Assembly (NCBI GenBank): GCA_043228905.1
Contig: JBHGNT010000245.1
Coordinates: 1 to 45,620 of the forward strand
From: Azolla caroliniana
Taxonomy: Eukaryota > Plantae > Polypodiophyta
Reading direction: 5' to 3'
DNA: 45,620 bases
The notes beneath the pieces are model-generated. The model had not been told where the DNA came from. It saw only the letters and a list, made by a program, of their open reading frames with translations, and did not search any database. Made by a program: the position numbers and the translations under genes. Shown here piece after piece: positions 20,443 to 32,289 of the stretch (positions are counted from its first letter, which is position 1; each line of letters starts with the position of its first letter).

Positions 20443-23400
20443 ATGGCTACGCAATGGCTGAGGGGTACTGTGAAATCTGTTCCTTCTGGAGATTCTCTTC
20501 TCATCATGGGAAGCGTTCAAAGTGGAGCTCCTCCTGAGAAAACGATTACTCTTTCTTCTCTCATTTCTCCCAGATTGGTAAATTCCCCTCTCAATTATAA
20601 TTTTTTTCCCATTCTCATCTCGTTCAAGATATTCTCTGTTTGTCTTTGTAAGTAGTTTTGGATTCAATACTTTCTTTTTTATATTGACCATTGGACTATA
20701 TTATAGCTCTAGATCAAACACTCTAGCTAATGTTTAGCTTTAGATTGAAACTTTTAGCTATCTTTTTAGGTTTAGATTGAATAATTTAGCTGTGAACTTT
20801 AGCCTCGAGTTTTGGAGTTTGAAATCTAGTTTGTTCTCGAATGTAATTGAGATTAAAAATATAATGAAGCCTGCCTTAAGAAAAAACTTCTTTGATTCTG
20901 TTTCTCAAACGGCTCATTTGCTAATGATATGCATACTATATCTATGCGATAAGGTGACAAAGCATCCAATCTTATCTGCAGTTAAGAATGTGCTATCACG
21001 TGATATGATCCATGATCAAGAAATTAAAAGTATCCAATCTGATCTACAGTGAAAGTTGAAAACATCCAATCAGAAAAATTCAGTAGATAAGAACTATCCA
21101 AGATTATCCACAATTAAGAAGATAGAAGCATCCACTCTGATTTACAATTAAGAATATTAAGAATTTAATCTGATCTTTTCCCACATTGTGGCAATACTTC
21201 TTTGTGATGTTATTTTCAGGCACGGCGTGGAGGCCAAGATGATCCATTTGCCTGGGAAAGCCGTGAGTTCCTTCGAAAGAAATGCATTGGCAAGGTATTG
21301 TCTTATGTTAAAGATGATTTAGGTTTTCTTTAAGGTAGTTTTCTCTTGGCATATCAGTTGTAGAATTGGTTCATGCTAATTCCCTTCGAAGATGTGTTTA
21401 CGATCAGTTAAGGCTGATTTGATCATCTGAAGGATGGGTTCTGGATTTATTAAGATTATTTAAGGCTAATTTTCTCTTCAAAGATGTGTTAGGATTTGTT
21501 ATGGCTCGCTTGAATGTCATAAGGATAGGTTTAAGACCAGCTGGATGTATTAAAGTTGGGTTTAGCACTGGTTTAAGACTTTCTTTCTTGTGTGAAAAAT
21601 GGTTTACGTTTGATTTTTTAAGGCCAAATTTTGCATGGTAATGTGGGTTTAGGATTAGTTTAAGGTTGGCTAGCTCATGTTAAATATGAATTTAGAATTG
21701 ATTTTAAGACTGGATTGCTCATGCCAATTATAGTTTGGGATTGTCTTACGTTTGGACAGCTTGCCTAAAAGATGGCTTTAGGATTGATTTCAAGGCTCAA
21801 TTGCTTCTGCAAAAAAATTGGTTTGGGGTTGATTAGCTCGTGCTAAAGATGGGTTTCTGATTGGTTAAGCAGGATGAATCATGTTAAAAACGATTTATAG
21901 ATGGTTTAGGCTTTGTTAAGGCTGGATCTCTCCCAGTAACAATGGGCTAAATTTTGGTTTAAGGATGGCTGTCTTGTTTGGAAGATTGAATTGCATCCAG
22001 GATGACTGGCTTATATTAAACATTGATCAAGTTAGTTTGAGGATATGTGGTGGTATATATGTGTATTTAGATCAGTTGAATGTTTACTCTCTGCGTGGAA
22101 GTTGGTTTTCAGGATTAATTTAAGTCTGCTGATTCTTGTTAAATATAGGTTTGTTATTGGTTTTGACTTTTAATTGGTGGATGCATCTATCGGTTGTATT
22201 CAAGATTGGTAAAGGCTAGGCTGGATGGTAAGTATCAAAGATCGCATAAAATTGGGTTTCTTGCTGTTTAATACTGCCAAGCTTGTGTAAAAGTCAGATG
22301 GATCTTGCTAATTAAACATTTAAATCTGGCTAGTTCATTTTAAAGGTTGCTTAAGGCTGCATGATCTGTAAAATATGGGTTTAGGATTACGTTGCAAGCA
22401 GACTTTTCCTCTTATGTGTACTGATTCGTATGCAGGATGTCATTTTCCGGGTGGACTACACAGTTGCAGCTATTAATAGAGATTTTGGATCGGTTTTCAT
22501 GGGAGAAACTAACCTTGCACTGGAGGTGGTTAGTCAAGGATGGGCAAAGGTAGGATGATGGTTACTAATGATGAGTTCTTGAATCAATTGTGTTCTAATG
22601 GTTTTTGTTACCTCTTCAAAATGTAGGTTCGTCCCCAAATTGGACAAAATACTAGTGAGCTTAGTCCTTTCATTGCAGAGTTGGAGCAGCTGGAAGAGCA
22701 GGCAAAGCAAAAAGGACTTGGAATATGGAACAAAGCAAGTTTATCTCTGTTTGGAGTATTTAACTGTTGTTATAGTTTTAGCTTTCTATTTGAGAAATGG
22801 ATGATAGTTTCTAATGTCTCGTCTCCCAAATAAGCTTCTGTTTTGAGTGTCAACTCGTTCTTCCCTTTCCATTTGCTCAAGGTTCTCATGGTATGCATGT
22901 GATGTGCCATAGTACGGTGTATTTATTGTATTTTAAGATTTATATCATACAATACTGTAAATATGATGAAGAAAAAACAATTACATATTTAAGCATAAAA
23001 AATCGCAAACCTTAATGATTCAATAGAATAGAGAACGGTAAAATCCCATAACTTGGAAAGTAGATGAAAATTTTAAATATCCAAAATCCTTTGAGAACGT
23101 CCCGGAATCTCCCATGTTGCTTTTTCTCTTTCACAATGACGACTTAGACAGTAGAAGAGATAGAAAAGTAGGAACTTTTAAGCTCAAATAAGAACAAAGT
23201 ATAAGAATGAGAAGCTGAAGGACATTTGCTCCACGAAAATGGTTGCTGAAGGTTGTCGATTAGAAAATAAAATATGGGTTTTGTTAATTTTGCTTGCACA
23301 TTAAAGCATCTTCTTGGCAATGACGAGATTGCTGATTTATTATGAATTGAAAAGTGCTTCTTTCTTTGCTGGGATTGCAGATTATAACCAGAAGATGATA

Positions 23401-26400
23401 TCTTGCATGGTCCTTCTGAAAACAGAATTGGAATTCCTGCATTCAAAATTTTCTGCCTCAATAGAGATCAGTTTCATTCTCTCATTTTATTCCTGATAGT
23501 AGAGACCTGAACTTATTAATTGTTAAGGCCAGATTTAAGGGTTTTGACAAAACAAAATGCACCTGTGCTTCTCAGTTGCACCCCACATGGTAATAACCCT
23601 GCATTTGTTGTTTGTAAACTGTTCGTTTAGTAATATCTTTTTTCTACCTTGTGCAGTGTATGAGAAATTATTTTTTGTTAAGTAATCCTTCCTTTTGGCC
23701 CTTGAGCAATCATCCCAAATTGTTTTAAGAAAAGTAGAAAAATTAATTTTCTTTCTGCAGGATCCTACTACAGTGGAAGCATCGACAAGGACTCTTCCTC
23801 CATCTGCTCTTGGTGATGCATCGAATTTCGATGCATCGACTTTTCTAGAGGCAAATAGAGGAAAACCATTGCCTGCTATTGTGGAACAAGTGCGAGATGG
23901 AAGCACTGTGAGGGTATATTTACTTCCAGAGTTCCAATATGTTCAAGTGTTTATTGCTGGAATTCAGGTAAATGTTTTGTCTCTGATGCTCCGATATACA
24001 CATTGTTTTTGTTATTTGACTTACTGGTTTAGGCATTCATTCTTGGGTCTGTACGTTTGTAGTCTCCATCCATGGGAAGGCGAAGTACTGCAAGTGAGAG
24101 CCAAACATCTACAGACAATGGGGAGGCAGAGCCTGTGGATGGCACTAGCTCAACGGCAGTTCTCACTACTGCCCAAAGATTAGCTGCATCAAATGGTGTG
24201 GAAATTCCACCAGACCCATACGCAAGGGAGGCAAAGCATTTCACCGAAGTTCGGACCTTGCATAGAGATGTAATGAACCTTTCATTAAGTTTGCATCTGT
24301 AGGGATAAATATGGATTATATTTGTATTTGCACCGTGTGTTCATTTTGGTAACTTGGTGATACAGGTGAGAATTGTTCTAGAAGGGGCAGACAAGTTCAG
24401 CAATTTAATAGGTTCTTTGCATTACCCGCATGGTGATTCACCTGTAGATTTGTCTCTGGAACTGCTAAAAAATGTGAGTGTTTCTTGATGTAGGAGAATT
24501 TGCTGTAATCTAGAATTCTATGTATCCTCTAATACATCACTTGTCATGTAAGGGGCTAGCAAAAGTTGTTGAGTGGAGTGCCAAACTTTTAGATGAAGAA
24601 TCTAGGCGGTCTCTGAAGAACACAGAATTGATTGCAAAAAAAGAAAAGCTTCGGTTGTGGGCTAACTATGTACCTCCCCCATCAAACTCAACAGCTATTC
24701 ATAATGAAAACTTTAAAGGCAAAGTAAGTGGAATAGCCTCAGTATAATATCAAAGGAACTTATGACAAGTCATTTCTCATGTGATGGTTCAAAACGGATT
24801 TGCTTTCCGTTGACAGGTCATTGAGGTTGTCAGTGGAGATTGTATTATAGTTGCTGATGACACCTTACTTATTGGAAGTCCATTGGCGGAACGCAGGGTC
24901 AATTTATCAAGTATACGAGCTCCCAAGATGGGGAGGAAGGGTGAAGACCCATCGCCTTATGCCAGAGAAGCAAAGGAGTTTCTACGGACTCGTCTAATAG
25001 GGCAGGAGGTTAGGGTCCATCATTTGGATGTCTTTCTTACTAAATAAATTCATGTAGCGGAAATAGAAATGACGCAAACTTAGGAAGCCACTTTGTTTGG
25101 AGCAGTATATGTTCGTGTCAGCTGCAAATTGATTAAGTGGAACTGAACTGCTTTTGTTTTCTTGGTTAGTGTACCCATGGAACAATGGCCTGTTGGAATG
25201 TTTTTGTTAGTGAGGCGTTTTCGTCATGAGTTTTAATCTTGCTAATGAGTCTATCTTTGTAAGGCTTGTTCATCATGACTTGCAACCTGGCTAATGAGTT
25301 CGTCTTAGTTTCTCTAGGTTTCTGTATTGATGGAGTATTCTCGCAAGGTAACAGCAGCAGATAGCCTGTTACCTGTTCCCAGTATGGCTACAGGGGATGC
25401 AAGGATAATGGATTTTGGTTCTGTGTTTCTGCCATCTACATCAAGGGCGGATGCTCAGGATATAGCTCCTGCCCTTCCTGTGGCAGGGCAACCTGATGGT
25501 ATAAATGTTGCAGAAATGGCGGTTGCTAGAGGATATGCGACTGTTGTCAAGCATCGAGATTTTGAGGATAGATCTAACTTCTATGATGCACTGCTTGCTG
25601 CTGAGGCAAGAGCTAGGAAGGGAAAGAAAGGCTTGCATTCTGAGAAAGAGCCTCCTCCATATCACATCAATGACCTGTCTAGTCAGGTATGTCTCTGCTC
25701 ATAATGTAGCTTCTTTACCTTAAAAATTGCTGCATGGTTGCTATCTTTGGTACTAGCCCTTGTCACCATGCAATGAAGTTCCATATTGGTGTAGTCTTCA
25801 TTAGTGTAATGTCTTGAATGCTGTACCTTTTTTTCACGCCCTTGTCATTGTCTAATTAAAGCTCTATATCGTGGAGTCTTCATAGGTTGATGTATAAATG
25901 TTTCAAATGTTATCTCAATTTATGCGGAGCTTATACATAATTTGAAAGCTTGGTGAATCAATTTTGTTCTTGTTTCGAGCAGGTAGCTCAGAATCCCCTG
26001 TCAAACCAGAATGGACAGAAAGCACAGAGCGCAGCTCAAAAGGGACAAAATCTGGCGGCTAAGGCAAAGCAGTTTTTACCGTTCCTTCAGAGATCCAAAA
26101 GGCTCCCTGCCATTGTAGATTATGTACTAAGTGGCCATCGTTACAAGCTAGTCATACCAAAGGAGACTTGTGCCATTGCATTTTCTTTGTCTGGTGTTCG
26201 TTGTCCGGGTCGTGGAGAACCCTATGCAGATGACGCTTTAGCATTTATGCGCCGTAGAATACAACAACGAGATGTTGAGGTATTCAATGGGTATTAAATG
26301 AATTATCTCCCTAAATTGGAAGACTGGGATTAGAGGATCTGTGTGGTGTTTATACCCTTTCTTGTTATTAAGAATCAAATTTGTTCTGGACTGTTTTGAT

Positions 26401-28198
26401 TTGTATGGACAGATTGAGATTGAGAATGTTGATAGGACTGGAACATTTTTAGGTACCTTGTGGGAATCCAAAATGAATGTGTCTGTCCTCCTACTAGAAG
26501 CAGGTTTAGCCAAGCTTCAGCCATTTTTTAGTTCCGAACGCATAACAGAAGGCCATCTTCTTGCGCAAGCTGAGGAAAGAGCCAAGAAATCATTGTTAAA
26601 GGTAACTCCATAGCATTCTGGCTGAGGAAATGCAACCAGAAATGCTAGGCATATCAAAATGGTAAAATCAAAATACTGGTTACCAAATGATGCATCAAAG
26701 AACCCTGAAAAATCCTAATTATCAACTTCGGCATGAGAATTCACTACTGTTTAATGTTCTCTACAGGTTTGGGAGGGATATGTGGAAGGTCAAGAAGCCG
26801 ATGTTTCTCTATCGGATTCTGCAAAGCCAAAGCAGGAAGTTCTGCAGGTAATTTATAGGGTGCTTTTAGGGTTTTCAGTTTGGCTCATTGTGACAACTTC
26901 TTCATAAGACAAAGATATCCACTGGAAAAAAACTGATCCAATCTGCAATGTAGTAACTTCAACCTTTGTATTACGCAATCAGTTTGAGCAAACTAAAATC
27001 TATCTGTGCAGATTAGAGTAACTGAAGTTATGGGTGGAGGCAAGTTCTATGCACAGTTGGCCAATGATGCTCGTGTTTCTGGTCTCCAGTTACAGTTGGA
27101 AGGACTAAGAGTGAAGGACAAATCCCTCACACCAATCAATTTTGAACCCAAAAAGGGCGACATAGTCATGGCACAATTCAGTGTTGATGGATCCTGGAAC
27201 CGTGTGCTGGTGAGGAAATTATACCCCTGAGAATATTTGTCCACATTTGACTATCTTCTGTAATAGATTTGCTTTGCTTTGTGGTGTGTAGATAGTCAAT
27301 GCTCCACGGCAGTCTTCATCAGAAGCCAGCAAAGATGAATATGAAGTCTTTTATATTGATTATGGAAATCAGGAGAAGACTATATTTTCAAAGCTTAGGC
27401 CCCTAGATACATCAATTTCTTTGGCCACACCTGGTCTAGCATTACTATTTAGCCTTGCATATGTTAGGATACCTGAGCTGGAGGATGATTATGGTCAGGA
27501 AGCAGCTGAGTACCTTAGTAGCCTGATTGGAGAAAGGGTTTTTATGGCTAAAGTGATTGAAAAAGACACATCGGGTGGGAAAGTGAAAGGCCAAGGGACC
27601 GGTACCAAGCTGAGTGTCATTCTTTACGAGGCTGAGCCAACTGAATCCATAAATATTTTGATGCTTGAGGTGTGTTGATTTTAGTTGGGTTTCATGCTCA
27701 TGCTTTTGCTTAGTCGTTTATCCTTTATGAGATTGATGACTGTCTGAAACTGTTCAGCAGTGCTTGGCATGCTCTCTGAGCAGTCATTACTATATTTGTT
27801 AAATTGGTAACATTTGGTAACTTAGCATAAGTCAATTACTGTGGTTAAACTGATCAAATGTCAACTTATCATAAAATTATAGTCCAAAGTCAATTTATGA
27901 CCGTTTGGAATGACAATTGGCAATTGGTTAAAATTCCCTAATGAAATGACTATGGTTTTCCTTTTAACTTTTTCTTGTGATGATACTCTGTTTTAATGAT
28001 GTGTCATTGTCATTCCAGGCTGGGCTCTCTAGAGTAGAGAAGAAGAACAGGTGGGATCCCAAAGAAAAACAGGCAGAGCTTGAAAAGTTTGTAGAATTCC
28101 AAGAAGTGGCTAAAAAGCAACGGTTGAACATTTGGCACTATGGTGATATTGGGTCTGATGAAGAGGACAATGCTAGTTCTCGGGGAAGCCGTCGCTGA
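20443..28198 (+). CDS. TSN: Tudor staphylococcal nuclease (Tudor-SN/SND1 homologue), 16 exons, 1002 aa
   Basis: Exons: 20443-20577, 21220-21294, 22436-22549, 22627-22734, 23761-23967, 24063-24269, 24366-24473, 24553-24723, 24817-25008, 25318-25686, 25983-26279, 26413-26601, 26767-26847, 27012-27209, 27292-27669, 28019-28198 (3009 nt, open frame). SNase repeats: VKSVPSGD, FAWESREFLRK, VEQVRDGS, VIEVVSGD, VDYVLSGHR. Tudor domain: AQFSVDGSWNR..VFYIDYGNQE. C-terminus IWHYGD. Confidence 0.97.
20960..21176 (+). repeat. Degenerate ~30-bp minisatellite in TSN intron 1
   Basis: Recurring (G/A)CATCCAATCTGATCTACA(G/A)TTAAGAA-like units. Confidence 0.6.
21300..22390 (+). repeat. Degenerate ~40-bp minisatellite filling TSN intron 2
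   Basis: Recurring AAGATGGGTTTAGGATTGGTTTAAGGCTG-like units. Confidence 0.6.
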
Positions 28199-30113
28199 TC
28201 TATACATGGCATTTAAATTGTTGTTGACTTAGAAGTGTTCAGCAGAAGTCATGAGAGGGTTTGCTTGCCTTTATGATAATGATGTACACCTATACAAAGT
28301 TCATTTCCGGGTGTAGAGAAGTTTTGCTTATGTAGCAAATAAGTGTAGTTTCTCTCTCGTAATTATACTTTGAATTTATCACATCATGATTGATCTCCAA
28401 AAGAGGCATTTGCTTATCAAATCATTACTTTGTCTTTCTGTACAGTTTGGATCCCCTCATTATTCCATTTTTTATACGGTGTTGTAATGTCCTTAGTCGA
28501 CTTGAATGAATTGAAACATTGAGCAATGTTTGGCTTCACTTAGGACAACTTTTGCCTAAGTACCACTTCAAAGCAAAAAAGTTACATGAACATGCTTCCG
28601 ATTGCTACTTCACAGGCATCGATAAAACCCATGGAACTTTGTTCGAGGTTCTAATTGTTGTGGGAATATTTGGAGTGCATAGTAACGGAGTCTCTTTGGG
28701 TTTATTGAATTCTCATCTCCTCATTTAAGTTTAGAAGAGAGTATCCTCATGAAGCATCTATAAAAAAGGGTTTTCTTCCCAAACCTTATCATTTAAATAG
28801 TGACACCTTGAATACCATCCATTGATTAGTAGGAATGACAAGGTGGAGAACTTGTAAACCTTAGGGGGAAGACCTTATCATTACAAATGTAAATGAGAGA
28901 GAAATGAAAGTACTTAAATAGAATCAACATGAATGTACTTAAATATAATCAACACTTGTCATCAATCAACTTCTCTCATGCTTCAATGCTTTCTTCCTCT
29001 CTATCTAGCCTCCTTTCATTTCCATTTGGTAGTCAAGTCCGCAACATCAACCTTGCTTTTTCGGCACCGCAACGGTCTTGATCATTACACAATTTTCATT
29101 AAGTCATAAACCATGTCACATTGGGATTTTGTGAAGCGTCAAGTAATTAGGTTTGATGAGCATAAACACAATGCCTTTAATTCAATTGTTTGGAGAAGAA
29201 GACATACAAAAATCAAATATAGGGCTATTCTAATTAGGGCATGTCCATTGATAAACAAGTGAATACTTCTTATTGAGTCCACAAACAAATGGTGCCAAAT
29301 TTGAAGTTTCTTTTTTACTATTTATCGTAGGAAGTATCTACCTCGTTGGTTCGTCACTCTGAGGCTTGGGTAGATTAATGCCCTCTGTATGGTGAGTCGG
29401 GCAAGAGAGTGTCAATCACCCTTGAGCTCGTTGACGAATAGACTAGTTCACTCGTAGAAAAGTAGTCTCACCTAAAAATATTCACTTGTAACAGAATTAA
29501 ATTATAAGATGTTATTGGCACCAGGACTTAACCTAGGTAGCATACACATTTAATTAATGACTTAATCAATACACACATGCACAAAATCATTCGAAAACAA
29601 CCATCTCTATCAATTTAACCACTTTGTGAAGCCACCCACTCTCTCATGCAAAGAGGTTAACTGCAAAAAATTAAGATTTGAGCATTAGAATATTAATGAG
29701 GATAAAGGAGTACCGATACATGTTAAACCGAAATGTGGAATTTAAATGGGTTCACATAAAACCAAGACTCTCTACAATTTGTTTAGTACATCCCTTACCA
29801 TAGTTGGCATGATTCGTTGATTGTGTCCCTCTAGTGGTCTTGCAACATGGATAATTTACTTATGATTCACTCCATTCTTGAGTTGGGAGGCAAAAATGTG
29901 ATATGCCACATGTTGAAAAGAGATCAAGGCACTTTAGTGTGGAGATAAGTGGCGGCGTCATGGACGAATCGTCACATGAGCTTTGGAGTGTAAAAGCTTG
30001 CGGAAAGGTTAGTGGGTTGTATGGTACTATAATTGTTGTTGTTGTCTCGTGTTCGAAGAGGGGAAGTAAGGTCAATGTACTAGTTAGAGACATAGATAGA
30101 TATATGTATATAT

Positions 30114-30154
30114 ATCCCACATACAAAATCACTTTTTGGTGTCTCCTATAAGTA
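30114..30154 (+). promoter_or_regulatory. U2 promoter: USE and TATA
   Basis: ATCCCACATAC (plant USE consensus RTCCCACATCG) at -66 and TATAAGTA at -33. Confidence 0.85.
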
Positions 30155-30179
30155 TGGAAGTAGAAGCTCAGAAGAAATC

Positions 30180-30384
30180 ATACCTTTCTCGGCCTTTTGG
30201 CTAAGATCAAGTGTAGTATCTGTTCTTATCAGTTTAATATCTGATACGTGGCCTATAAGGTCACATGATATTAACCTAATTTCTTTCATGGGGGCAGCAC
30301 CCGTTCGAGGCAGCTTGCTGTCTCTGGGAGCTGCGTGCGTCGCCTTGGTATTGCACTGACGCCGAGGTCATATAGGCGCGCCCC
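30180..30384 (+). ncRNA. U2: U2 spliceosomal snRNA
   Basis: 5' end ATACCTTTCTCGGCCTTTTGGCTAAGATCAAGTGTAGTATCTGTTCTTATCAG with the branch-point pairing GTAGTA. SL III has a CTTG tetraloop and the SL IV loop is ATTGCAC. The 3' end is approximate. Confidence 0.97.
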
Positions 30385-30911
30385 CCCTCCCCCAACTACA
30401 AACACGAACAAAATGTTATTTCTTGAAGTATAAATGATGAATAAATCAATAATGCAAGCAATAGGTAGTGTAAGGCTGGTAAATAACTGCCCGTTTGCCT
30501 ACAGTTCCAATGGTTGGGGTACCCATGATTCTACACACCCGTATCATGGTAAGACTTTGGCGGCATCTAGCATGTCCAGGAGTGATCAGGGTTGTATAGA
30601 CATGCCATGTGATGCTTCCTACCCGACTGATGTATATATATATATTTATGCCTCATATCCACTCCATGATTCTATCTGACTATTATATATTTGCCTCCAT
30701 CTTTACCCTATCGTTTGTTTATCCATGACGACTCCACCCCAGCTGTGCTAATTTACATCACATACATGTACTCCCTCTACCCCGTCACGTCTGTTATTTA
30801 CATAACATACATCTAAAGTATATACACCCCATACGTCATTTACACATTACGCAGTCCAGGTAGACTCAATTTTCGGACATTCAGAGTTTAATTGATTGGA
30901 GATTATTTGAG

Positions 30912-30970
30912 AAGGGGGCCGCGCGAACGTGAGCCCCCACAGCCACAAATTATGACCTGCACTCTCCCAC
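30912..30970 (-). pseudogene. 5'-truncated U1 snRNA fragment (part of SL III, Sm site, SL IV)
   Basis: Copy of 31282-31340 with 3 substitutions and the shared 3' flank GATTATTTGA. The 5' ~105 nt of U1 is missing. Confidence 0.9.
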
Positions 30971-31059
30971 CCAGACTGGTTTATATATATGGCTCCATTT
31001 ACAATTCCATGATGCTCTCGCGCTATTATATATATACATTCATTTCTCCATGACAATCA

Positions 31060-31278
31060 GAGGAATTACATTCATTTACAATTCCATGATACTCTCTTAT
31101 CTCTCTATTCTATATAGATCCATTACCATGATAGCTAGTTTGTTGAATTTTGGATTATTTTCCGCTGGGAATTGGGTGAGGAATTACATTCATTTACAAT
31201 TCCATGATACTCTCTTCTCTCTCTATTCTATATAGATCCATTACCATGATAGCTAGTTTGTTGAATTTTGGATTATTT
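31060..31278. repeat. ~100-bp direct repeat of the U1 3' flank (31060-31160 and 31178-31278)
   Basis: GAGGAATTACATTCATTTACAATTCCATGATAC...TTTTGGATTATTT occurs twice. Confidence 0.92.
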
Positions 31279-31281
31279 GAG

Positions 31282-31446
31282 AAGGGGGCCGCGCGAACGC
31301 GAGCCCCCACTGCCACAAATTATGACGTGCACTCTCCCACATTGGGGAGATGCTAGGGCAAACAGCCCCTCCGGCAGTGCAATGGAGGCGCCGGCCCTAA
31401 GCCATCGGCCTTGCTGATCACCGATAGACCCCGCCCAGGTAAGTAT
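31282..31446 (-). ncRNA. U1: U1 spliceosomal snRNA
   Basis: Reverse complement begins ATACTTACCTGG. SL I loop GATCAGCAAG, SL II loop ATTGCAC, Sm site AATTTGTGG, SL IV GGGGGCTCGCGTTCGCGCGGCCCCC; length ~165 nt. Confidence 0.97.
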
Positions 31447-31470
31447 GTTTTCCTGCAGCTCACAGCCCTC

Positions 31471-31511
31471 GATTTATAGCTCCCTTCCTCCCCGTCCTCT
31501 CTATGTGGGAC
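31471..31511 (-). promoter_or_regulatory. U1 promoter: USE and TATA
   Basis: GTCCCACATAG at -65 and TATAAATC at -32 on the minus strand. Confidence 0.88.
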
Positions 31512-32289
31512 AAATAGAAGATATACTCTATCTACACTTTTCCATTTCTGCTCTTTTTTGTATTTATTCGCCATGGCCCATGACACACACGGTGGGGCCG
31601 TGCCTACAAATTACGAAACTTTTTCTCGACTATTTCATGGTGTTTCCACATGGTCGACAAATAGTTTATGCATGTGGAGTTACATTAGGGAAAATGCGTC
31701 GAATGCATGGCTCCCTCCAACGCCGAGAAGTGTGCCTTAATGGTTCGATTGAATGACTCCTCTGTCCAAGAAAGTTTACAATTATCCTCCAAGCCACGAC
31801 ACCAACAAAATGTCCACATGTAGTCTTCATTCCTTGGGCAAATTCACTTGTGACGACACATCTTGGCACTTTGTTGCACAAGATTTCCTGCGCATGGACA
31901 ATGGTTGAACGAAAAAACATACAATGAACTTTGGGTTGTGTTCTTAGAAGCATCAAAGAATCAACCATCGGTCTAGAACAAAAAGTTTCATGTTACCTGA
32001 GCGTATGTCATACGGATTCCCACTTCCATCATTTCGACCCACCCTGCACAAATTCTCTGATGTTTGTATGCAACATTTGAGGCACGTGGAATACTGTCAA
32101 TCCCAATTTGTACAACATTCACACCCATCGCACTAATCTTATGGTTAACATGGGTTACACCACCACATATCATAATGGGATGTAGTCAATGTGGAATATC
32201 GACGTTCTCTCGTCATGGGTGGTACTATAACATGTTCTTGTTATCGATAATATTTAGTGGCCCCTACTCGGTTGTTGAATGGTTTCCTT

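Noticed and set aside
30520-30635. Possible C/D-box snoRNA (ATGATT...CTGA)
   Set aside because: The C box is non-canonical and there is no clear terminal stem or recognisable guide.
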